Shown here: positions 43,811 through 53,919 of the stretch, in pieces
Layout of the letters: each line of letters opens with the position of its first letter
How positions within the stretch are numbered: the first letter of the stretch is position 1
Assembly: GCF_009914755.1 (NCBI RefSeq)
Contig: NC_060929.1
DNA: 64,000 bases
Reading direction: 5' to 3' (one strand)
Source of the DNA: the human T2T-CHM13v2.0 reference genome, Homo sapiens
The notes under the pieces: generated by a model
The model's database searches: none
What the model was told of the DNA's origin: nothing
What the model saw: only the letters and a program-made list of their open reading frames with translations
Position numbers and translations under genes: made by a program

Positions 43811-44029
43811 TGAATTTTCTAGTCCTCAATATTCAATTCGCAAATTGTTCTGGCTTCCAAATGTAATAACAATACCTTTAATATCTACTTAGTTTGGTTC
43901 TTGTTGATTGGCCATTATTGTCTATTGTTTCTTTTGAAATGAAACCCTTGTTCCATCTTTCAAAAAGAAAAATTATTTTCTTCATAATATTGGATAAATT
44001 TGTAAATAGTAAGCATGACATTGCTTACA

Positions 44030-44269
44030 TAGTCATTCCTTGGTATATGTAGGGGATTGGTTTCGGGTCTACCACATGTACCAAAATTCATGCATACTCA
44101 AGTCTTGCAATTGGCCCTGTGGAACCCACATATATGAAAAGTCAGCCCATCTGTATACATGAGTTTCACATCCCAGGAATACTATATTTTCCATTTGTGT
44201 TTGGTTGAAAAGAATCCTCATATAAAGGAACCTGTGCAGTTCAAACCTGTATTGTTCAAGGGTCAATTG
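44030..44269. mobile_element. MER8 (Tigger-derived MITE)
   Basis: ~240 bp; 'ggggattggtt..ctcaagtc..ggaacc..gcagttcaaacc..tgttcaagggtcaattg', followed by TA. Confidence 0.8.
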
Positions 44270-44390
44270 TACTTGATTCTTAAATCTTAATGAAGATGGA
44301 AATGAATGTGAATCAACAGAAATGCTGGGACATAGACAATTCGGAACCCTGAAGTTCCTTGGCACTTGGAAACTGTTTTTAGCAATACAT

Positions 44391-44662
44391 TCTCTCTCTG
44401 ACACCCAGGCCAGGGTGCAGTGGCAGGATCTTGACTCACTGCAACCTCTGCCTTCCAGGCTGAAGCGATCCTCCTGCATCAGCCTGCTGAGTAGCTGGGA
44501 CCACAGGCGCATGCCACTACACCCAGTTATTTATTTGTGTTTTTGATAGAGACAAGGTCTTGCCATGTTGCCCAGGCTTGCCTCAAATTCATGAGGTCAA
44601 TCAATCCCTGCCTCGGCCTCCCAAAGTGCTGGGATTACAGGCATGAGCCACTGCGCCCAGCT
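44391..44662 (-). mobile_element. AluJ SINE, tail lost
   Basis: J-type 'gcgatcctcc', 'gggaccacagg', 'ttgccatgttgcccaggc'. Confidence 0.88.
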
Positions 44663-44911
44663 CAAGATTTTAGATTACACACAATATCCAACTACATAGA
44701 GATATATTAGGTATATTGCATCATTTTATTTTAAGGGCACATGATATAACACCAACTCAAAATGAGAAATCATGGTTAGCAACCAAAATTTTTGAGATAC
44801 CAAAGCTAATTGAATATATCAGGGCTTTAAATTAGTGCATTTTAATTTTAATTATAATCTCTTCTTCCACAAGTGTGAAGAAAGTAAGATAACTATTCTA
44901 AGATAACCTGG

Positions 44912-45467
44912 TGTGTAGTAAACAGTTAATCAGGACTGTGTCAATTAAATATAGGAAGACCTGTTTGAAACATTGGCCTTTAGCAGACCTGACTTTCAGG
45001 AGTGATCCACCATTCTCTAAATGGTAAGACTGGCTCAATTTGCCTAAACTGTCTGTGCAAATAATGTGGTTTATGCTGCATATCCACTTTCCTTCTGGAA
45101 ATCTGGAAGTTTGTATATCCTAGGCAGAGGGTACCTAAGTGACTGGCCTCCAGTAAAAACTCTAGGTACTGAGTCTTTAATAGGCTTCCCTGGTAAAGGC
45201 ATCCCTGGTGAACACATTTCACAAGTGTTGTCTCAACTCATTACTGGAGGAATTAAGTGTATCTTGTCTTACTTCACTTGGGGACTCTTGGAAGCTTATG
45301 TTTGGTTTCCTCCAGATTTTGTTCCATCTACCTTTCCCTTTGCTTATTTTGCATTGAATCCTTTTGCTATAACACATCAGAGCCATGAATATGACTATTT
45401 GCTGAATTATGAGAGCTCTGCTAGCAAATCATTGAACCCAAGGGTGATCTTGGGATCCCTGGATACA
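44912..45467 (+). mobile_element. MER68-like ERVL LTR
   Basis: 'gcctaaactgt..ggtttatgctg..ctaggcagagggt..cttggaagctt'; TSD cctgg/cctga. Confidence 0.75.
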
Positions 45468-46796
45468 CCTGATATCTGTGAATCTCTTCTACACAGAATG
45501 AACGGCAGCAATGTTATTTCCAAAGAAAGGAGAAATAGTTTCAGGGGAACAGCATTTTTCAAAAAATGTTCAGGTCAAGCTGTCATATAAAATTCCCATC
45601 TGCTTTAGTATGAGTCTGATCAATGTGTGTGCATTCTTCTTTAAACACATAGTTCAATTACAACAACAGAAACAAAATATATTTCCTCTTTTCATTGCTT
45701 CAAGGTGAATATTTGTTTTCTTATTATTTATCTAGTAGTATTTTCCTCATACCTTTTTCTAACACAGGTCCCTTAGACTGGTCAATAACAAGTAAAACAG
45801 CTAAATTCAGTATCTTTGAGTTGAGTTACTAGCCAAATTTCCTCTGAGCACAACCTTCCTAACTTTAACAAGATCCAAAAGACATTTTCCCCAGAGATGC
45901 CTTTAACTTGGCAGAGAATGTGGGACCATCACATTTGTAGCATAGTAATTGTTTTGTTCTTGTAGTTTTAGCAAATGTTCAAGAGTCTATCTATGTATGG
46001 CCCACTGGCTTCATCCTCTTTCCTTTCTATCCAGGCTTCTTAAAAATGCAGCTGGTCACAAGAACAAATAATTGATGTGCCCAATATCCTTACTTTCTTT
46101 CACAATTTTTAAACTGGTGACATTGCTTTAAAGTGTAAAACTCCATTGGTAAACAACACGAAAAAGAATAAAAACAAAAATTATACCCTGCAAAGTAGGA
46201 AATAAAAATGTTACATGATGGAGACGTGGCTGTGGCTGACTCCTCTATAAGTACTAATGCTAAATAAAATCACCTTATACTGGGAGCTGAAATAGTATTC
46301 TGGTAAGCAATACCTCAAAATGTCAAAGGCAAAATTTTTAGACTCATGAATACCATTGCATATTTCTTTTGATTCTAATTACAATACAATTTATTCTTGA
46401 TTCCAAATTCATTTTGCATCAGTGAACATTTCCTATTGTTTCTAGACATGTATCACTACATGGTAATTTGTCCATTAGTTCTCATTTGTTAAAATGTTTT
46501 CTATCAAGTCACATATGGCCAATATTAATTTTCCAAGTACAACTGCCCTTTTGCAAATGTTTATTAGCATTCACCAATACATTTTCAGCTCTTCCATGTA
46601 AAACAATTTCACTAAAATGTCTTCTCCTGCAGATATAGAAATGTCACCTGAGAAATTCATCCTTTTTTTTTTGACTCTAGAAACCCCATTGTTCTCCCAC
46701 TCAAATCAAGCAATGAGCCACAAAAACTCAAAAGACCACAGACAACAATCACCATCTAAAATATAAAATGGGGAAATGACATCTGAGGGCACTCAC

Positions 46797-47026
46797 CCAC
46801 TGGATTCTGCAGAAGTGATAGCAATCAGCGGCAGAATCTTCAGGGGGAGGCTGGTTGGTCGTTGAATGTTCTCTGATTCACTTTTCAAGTCAGCTTGTTC
46901 CAACTGTCTGAAGGCGAGAGGGGGAAGCTGAATATTGCGACATGAAAGTCTCCGGACAAGATAGGGTTCCATTCCGCGGAAAGGGTCTTCCTCTTCATTA
47001 CTGGAATGTAGTGTTTCCTCAGAGGC
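46797..47026 (-). CDS. PDE4D: PDE4D (cAMP-specific phosphodiesterase 4D): internal coding exon of the PDE4D7 N-terminus
   Basis: Encodes ASEETLHSSNEEEDPFRGMEPYLVRRLSCRNIQLPPLAFRQLEQADLKSESENIQRPTSLPLKILPLIAITSAESSG, recognised as PDE4D7 aa 15-91. Acceptor ttacctcag|GCC, donor AGTGG|gtgagt; 230 nt, phase 0 to 2. The ORF-track residues upstream of ASEE are intronic. Confidence 0.95.
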
Positions 47027-47396
47027 CTGAGGTAATAATTCAAGAAAGTACATATAATCAACAAAAATCACACTGTTTATCATTACATAATGGCTTAATA
47101 CTTTCCTGGGAAAGAAATTAAGTAAAATGTATACATGAAAAATGCTATCTAGAAAACAGTGACATTAACTGAACAATACTTGATTAACTAAAATCTAAAT
47201 TTATTTTTAAAATAGCAAATTTGTTCACCAGGTGTGGCTTGGTTAAAACAGTTAACTAACATCTTCAGTAATCTTAGAATTTATTAGCTTTGTGTGTGAA
47301 TTCTATAAAATCAAGGATAAATCAAAATGTTTTTATAACTTCTATGAAATGAATTGCAAACATCATTAAATATATACATTGACATATGCATGTGTC

Positions 47397-47431
<35 letters not shown>

Positions 47432-47432
<1 letters not shown>

Positions 47433-47703
47433 AGTTATGCATCACTTGATAATGATCCATTCTGAGAAATGCATCATTAGGAAATTTCCTTGTGTGAACA
47501 TCACAGTGTATTTAAACAAACCTAGATGGTACATTGTTACTGTAATAAATACTGTAGGCAATTATAACACAATGGGAAATATTTGTGTATCTAAGTATAT
47601 CTAAACATAGGAAAGATACAGTAAAAATACAGTATTATAATCTTATGGCCACCATGGTATGTATGGTCCATAGTTGACTAAAATGTTATATAGCACATGA
47701 CTG
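47432..47703 (+). mobile_element. Tigger3a-like element preceded by (AT)n(AC)n
   Basis: 'ttctgagaaatgcatcattagg..caaacctagatggta..tactgtaggcaatt..catgactg', TA flanks. Confidence 0.82.
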
Positions 47704-48139
47704 TATATTTATATATATCTTTCTTACATGCATGCCCATGAAGAGAGAGGAAGAAAAGTCCTATTTTTTCTGCATATTTAAGGCCATATTTGAAACATAT
47801 GTTTTCATATGTCACATTTACTCAGATATACTCTTGCCAATTTTTATAAGACTGAGAGGGTAGTAAGAAAAAAAAGACTTTAAAAGAAACTTGAGGACCC
47901 AGTAGAACTGTATTTAAGTCACAGCTCAGCAGAATTTTGCAAATTTGATCCATGTTATCCACATGCAAAGGTAAACCCAGGTCAAAAGTTAATATTTTGA
48001 TTCTAGTTGAGAAAAATATACTATCACATGAGCAATAATTATTTCCAAATGGCTGGAAAGTCTACTCTAGCAATATTTATTATATCCACATATTGAGAAT
48101 TATAGAATCACCAAATGTTATAACATGCTTCTATAGAGT

Positions 48140-48625
48140 GTTGGGTTTTTGAATCTTTGCACTGCCACTTTACTATTTGTATTGATAGTGTGTTGCTTAG
48201 TCTCTCTAAGGCTTCTGTTTCTTTATTATAAAAATGGGACTAATATTTACATACAAGAATTAAATGAGATCATGCATATGATGTGCATAGTTCATTACTT
48301 GCATTGGGATTAGCACTCATATATGGTAATTTCCTTCCCTTCTGAGTTTTACAGGTGAAGAAGTTTATATTTCTCAAAATTAACCAGCTGGCTGAAAGTT
48401 GGACATTCATCGAGCTTGGAACATCCAGACCTCATTTATTACACTCCTTACTATACAACTATCTTTGGGCAAGTCACTTAGGCTCATTGAGGTTGTTTCT
48501 CCATCTGAAGACTGAGATAATAATATTTACCTCTCGGAGTCATTGTGTGGACCAAATATATAAAGTATTTGAAGCACCAATATCTGGCAAAGAGTTTGCA
48601 CTCAACAAAATGGCAGCTGTTATTA
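48140..48625 (+). mobile_element. Two MIR copies
   Basis: 'aaaatgggactaatattt' (~48231) and 'tgggcaagtcactta..catctgaagactgagataataat' (~48466). Confidence 0.65.
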
Positions 48626-48949
48626 TAATCCAGGCTAATTTCCCCTTTCTCCATAGCTCTATGCTGTCTTTGATGCTCACTCTTCACATTGATTCCCAAA
48701 TAGAAAATTTTTGTCTTCCTGATTTATATCTTGAAAAAAGGTAAAAGGATGTGAGATGGTGGACTCTATCCAACCTTGGGTTGTATTGTCCAGTTGTATA
48801 GACAAGACGACAGAAGGGTACTGAGAAGATTTAAAAAACAAACAAAAAAAAGAGGTCAAAGCTAAAAAGAAAGTTCATTTATTTCAAATCCTAAATTCTG
48901 AGAATCTGTGCTTTGAGGAATCTACTTGCTTTATAAAACATCAATAATA

Positions 48950-49275
48950 ATGACTAATACTTACTGAGTCTTTATTAAGTAGTGCCGTGTTTTACATATA
49001 CTGTCTCATTTAATTTTTACTAAAATCCTATGAGTTACTTCTTCTTGCTTTTCCAATTTTACCCATTAAAAAACCCAGAGACCTATCATGACAGAGCCAC
49101 ATGGCTAGTGGGGTGATTAATCATCTTACTTCGCCTGGGACCTTTTGATTTTAGCACTCAAAGTCCTATGTCCAGGGAAACCCCACAGTCCCAAGGAAAC
49201 CAGGATGATTGATCACCCTACATGTCAGGATCCAAACCCAAATCTCTTCTAGTTAAAACTGGAGCTAAAAGCCAC
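48950..49275 (-). mobile_element. MIR interrupted by MER81
   Basis: 'tacttactgag..tctcatttaat..cacatggctagt' resumes as 'caggatccaaacccaaatct'. Confidence 0.6.
49109..49220. mobile_element. MER81 (hAT-Blackjack)
   Basis: TIRs gggtga.../...tcacccta; 'tttagcactcaaagtcc..gggaaacccc..agtccc'. Confidence 0.8.
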
Positions 49276-49517
49276 CATGCTGCACTACCTTAACAAGTAT
49301 AGTCACTGGCAGAGTGAGTATTAGTAGAAAATAACAGAACACACACTAATTGATCATAACTCAATAAGCTTCACATTTTCATTTGAAAAATTAAACAGAA
49401 CTGAGATGAGAGCAGCCCTACATAAACATTAGAAATGAATGACAATCTGTCATTAAATGAGAGGATAGAAATTTTATCCCCTGCTCTGCCAGTAATTACT
49501 CAGGTGGTCTTAAGAGG

Positions 49518-49956
49518 TGCCATTGGTTGTTACAAAATCAGAGTACTTCATAACTGGAAGGGGTCTTAAGGTTTATTTTGTATAATGTCTTGATTTTTTG
49601 TCTGCAGAGACTAAAGACAAGCAAGGCTAAGACCAGCAGATCTGGAATAGGACCTGGGAGTCTGAATTTTAGTATGCACCACCTCTGATCCCAATGCGGA
49701 GGGTTTGAACAACACATTTTGAAAAACAATGGCTTGGAGATATCAGAAATACTATCTTTTCCATCATCTCCTTGCAATAATTCCATTTGCTAGCAACAAC
49801 ATAATATACAAATTTCTATAATAACCTGTTCCAGATCTGCTGGTCTTAACCTTGCTGGTCTTTAGTCTCCATAGGGATAAAATCAAAAGGTTATACAAAA
49901 TAAACCTTAACACCACCTCCAGTTATAAAATACTGATTTTGCAAGAACCAATGGCA
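49518..49956. repeat. Inverted repeat with ~133-bp arms and a 173-bp spacer
   Basis: 49518-49651 aligns to the reverse complement of 49825-49956, roughly 80% identical by eye. Confidence 0.92.
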
Positions 49957-50141
49957 AATCAATGTTTCTGTGAGATAACAAATATAGAAAAAAACAGAAA
50001 GCATATGCACTTGGAACAGTCTTAGCTTTTAGATTGGGAAAGTGAGCCTCTGTGTACTTACGTACTTAGGAAGTTCCTCTAAGAACAGAACTTCATTCCT
50101 GGATTGGAAACAGGTCATGATTAAGTTAATGACTTATGTGT

Positions 50142-50777
50142 TGTGATGGTTAATACTGAGTGTCAACTTGATTGGATTGAAGGATACAAAGTATTGTTCC
50201 TGGGTGTGTCTGTGAGGGTGTTACCAAAGAAGATTAACATTTCAGTCAGTGTACAGGGAGAGTCAGACCCACCCTCCATGTGGGTAGGCACCATCTAATC
50301 AGCTGCAAGCACAGCTGGGTTAAAAGCAGGCAGAGAAACATGGAAGGACTGGAATGCCGGAGTCTTCTGGCCTGCATCTTTCTTCTGTGCTGGATGTTTC
50401 CTGCTCTCGATCATCAGACTCCTGTTCTTAAACAGGTGGACTCTTGGACCTACACAAGTGGTTTTCCAGGGACTCTTGGGCCTTGAGCCACAGACTGAAA
50501 ACAGCTTTCCTACTTTTGAGTGTGATGAGAATTATAGAATCATCAAATGTTACAACATGCTTCTACAGAGTGATGGGTTTTTGGATCCTTGCACTGCCAC
50601 TTTACTTACTTTTGAAGTTTTGGGACTCGAATTGGCTTCCTTGCTCCTCAGCTTACAGACCGCCTATTGTGGGACTTCACCTTGTGATCGTGTGAGTCAA
50701 TACTCCTTAACAAACTCCCTTTCACATATACATGTATCCTATTAGTTCTGTCCCTCTAGAGAACCCTGACTAATACA
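50142..50777 (+). mobile_element. MLT2A1 (HERVL) solo LTR carrying an internal insertion
   Basis: 'tgtgatggttaatactgagtgtcaacttgattgg...ctagagaaccctgactaataca'; perfect TSD tgtgt. Confidence 0.92.
50526..50606 (+). repeat. 81-bp direct copy of 48094-48174
   Basis: 75/81 identical by manual alignment. Confidence 0.93.
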
Positions 50778-51392
50778 TGTGTAAATACTCTTCTTCTGGA
50801 TGAACATAGAAAAGAAGAACAAAGGATGAGTCTAGCAAAGCTTCAGTAGCACTAAATATAGCTGGCCAAAGTTAACATCTTTTTATAAGCATTTAGCTGC
50901 CTACTCTGGGTGTTAGCATTGCAATTGCAAAAATGCTTTATATAACTGAGGTTATCTGTTGAATGACTTAATGTTTTTGACATTCTTTTTTAGATAAAAC
51001 TGCCTCAAGACGTAACTTTTTTGAGATAATTATCTCTACTAAAAATGAAGTTTACACTCATGCTTATACTCTGTTAGTTTAAACCCACTTTCTATAAATA
51101 CTTTTATCTTTACAATAAAAATGATAAAGCACTAGAGGGCTATATTCTAACATTTTCCATTCCAAAACAGTATAAGAGGCTTTTTTCACACTCTAGATCA
51201 ATGTGTATCAGTTATGGTTCAGAAATAAAAAGAACAACCTTATCAGGTAGAAGGTAAGAGGTTAAATGCCTTTATTTTGGAGAGAGATGTAAAACTAATC
51301 ACCAGAGCAATAAGTATCTTATGTTATTGTTAGAAAATGGCATTATGGCAGGGAGAAGATGGAAAAAAGATAGTATTTCTAATGTCTCCAAG

Positions 51393-51578
51393 TCATTATT
51401 TCTCAAAATGTGACATTCAAACCCTCTGCATTAGAATCATAGATGGTGCTTGCTAAAATTCAGACTCCCGGGTCTTATTCCAGATCTTCCTAAACACAAT
51501 CTCTATGAGTAGGGCTTATGAGACTGAATAAGTCACCAGTATCATTCCAGTGCATATTAAAGTTTGAGAACTAATGGT
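51393..51578. mobile_element. MER5-family (hAT-Charlie)
   Basis: 'ttctcaaaatg..gcattagaatca..cagactcccggg..aaagtttgagaac'. Confidence 0.7.
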
Positions 51579-52590
51579 TTTGACATTTTAGACATAGTTT
51601 AATAAAACTGTTTGGCAAATATCCAGGCACAAAGATGTTCACTGCAGCTCATTTATAATAGCAAATAACTGGATGTAATCTAATTGCTGTACTGAAGGAT
51701 TGGCTTAGTAAATGTTGATACATCATATGATGAAATACTATGAGGCTGTTAAAATAATGTAGAAGAATACGTAATCATGTTAATGACACAATGTTGAGTG
51801 GGAAGAACAGATTATAGAGTGCTCCCATTTTTATAAAACAATAATATCAAAACAAAACAAAAAAGTCACATATTATATTCATAAAACAATTGTTTAAGGA
51901 TGTATCCTAATTCTCTAAAATGGCTCTCCTGTGCAATATTGGTAATAATTTTGTTTTAGTATCTTTATTAATTATGAGCTTCTGTATTCCCTATAATAAA
52001 GATGTCTTGTTTTTCAATTTTAAAAGTATAATAAAAGTCATAATAATAAAATGATACAACATTCACCTTGTTATTGATGGGACTTAGAAATATATTCAGC
52101 TTCAAGATATGCAATATCAAAATAAAAGAAATGCTCACATATTGAAATAACTGTAATATGAACCTGCTACCTTGTAGTAAAATAAAATTATATTCAAAAA
52201 TTAGCCAACTTATATGGAATAATTGACAGACAAATAACTTTAATGTTATGCTTTTTACTGCATAAAATTCTTTCTGAAATACATGCCTAAAGTAAGCAAT
52301 TCCATAATAATTGACACTTACAATGGATGAATGTTAAATTTATTATTATTATTTTCCTTTTTGTTTGTTTCAGTTTTTATCCAAGATATTTAATTAATTT
52401 CTTTGTTTAATTTTTTTTCTTTCAAAAGTAGACAATAAACTACTTAATGGCCTTTAAAACACAGGCATGCACATTACTAGGGTTAAATAAATTTCTGTGG
52501 TTCTTAATAATCTCACAGTCTCTGATATTTATTTCATATATATATAGAGAGAGGGGAGAAATAAAATTTCTATAAGAAAATCCCCTTAAG

Positions 52591-52710
52591 ATGTGTGTGT
52601 GTGTGTATATATACATATACACACATACAGTATATGTATACACACATATATATATACATACATATGTAAACATGTATATACATATATATATTTATACATA
52701 TACATATACA
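52591..52710. repeat. Compound (TG/TA/CA) low-complexity repeat
   Basis: Direct reading. Confidence 0.9.
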
Positions 52711-52714
52711 GGCA

Positions 52715-53105
52715 TTGCAGGAAAGAATGTTTCTTTCTTGGCATGCAGTGAGACCACATCTCCAGACTCCCTTACAGGTAGCTATAGAGATGTCAGTGAG
52801 TGTTACATTACATGCTCATTGATTATAAGTTAAGGAAATGTGTATGGGTCTGTGTATGTGCCACTTTCAGGCCTGCCACATAAAAATTTTGTGAGTACAA
52901 CCCCCTATTTCTCTTCCCCTCTGTAGCCCCTCACCATGTGTTGAAGATGGTAGAGCCACAAGATGGAAGAAGCCATGGTTTCTTAATCATTATTTACATG
53001 AGAGACACTTGCCAATCAGAAACACTTAATTTGGGGTACACGAGCCACAGATAATCTTCTGTTGGGGTAATCCACAAAAATTTAGCATTTTCTTGTTACA
53101 GGTAG
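52715..53105 (+). mobile_element. MLT1I/J-like LTR
   Basis: 'tccagactcccttacagg', 'atgtgttgaagatggtagagccacaagatggaagaagc'. Confidence 0.65.
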
Positions 53106-53599
53106 TACTATTTTATGTGTATATCTCTAAAGGAGTTCAACCTATCTTAATTGTGTTTCCATTCCTATTAATTTCCCAATTAATCATTTATTGAGCACCT
53201 ACTACCTTTGATGCTTGTGTCGGGTACTGAAAATGCAGAGATGAATTAGGCACCTCCTTTTGCTTAAGCACTTACAGTTCATTTGAGGAAAAATATAATA
53301 GACAGATAATCACCAGTATATGATCAAAGCTGTAACAGAGAACTTAGGGTTTACTGGAGTACATAACACTTTTGCAAGTTGAAAGAAAGTGCTAGCCAGT
53401 TGTGACATCGACAAAAAGAGAACACCTGGACTGTTGCAGACAAAAAAAGATGTAGATCACCCCATAAATTGGACATTTATTTTTGCTTTCTGTCTATCTG
53501 CTTCTCCAGTCATTTTCATTTAGTCTCATTGCTGGCTCCTCAATTAACTGTCTTTAAAACCTAGGCATTGTCCAAGCTGCTATCCTTCAACCATTTCTC

Positions 53600-53919
<320 letters not shown>

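Noticed and set aside
45066-45590. 174-aa ORF
   Set aside because: Lies in a MER68-like LTR, starts at a non-ATG codon and resembles no protein I know
47027-47083. N-terminal MINSVIFVDYMYFLELLPQ of the 96-aa ORF as coding
   Set aside because: It lies upstream of the splice acceptor (ctcag|GCC); the true PDE4D7 start is in an exon outside the window
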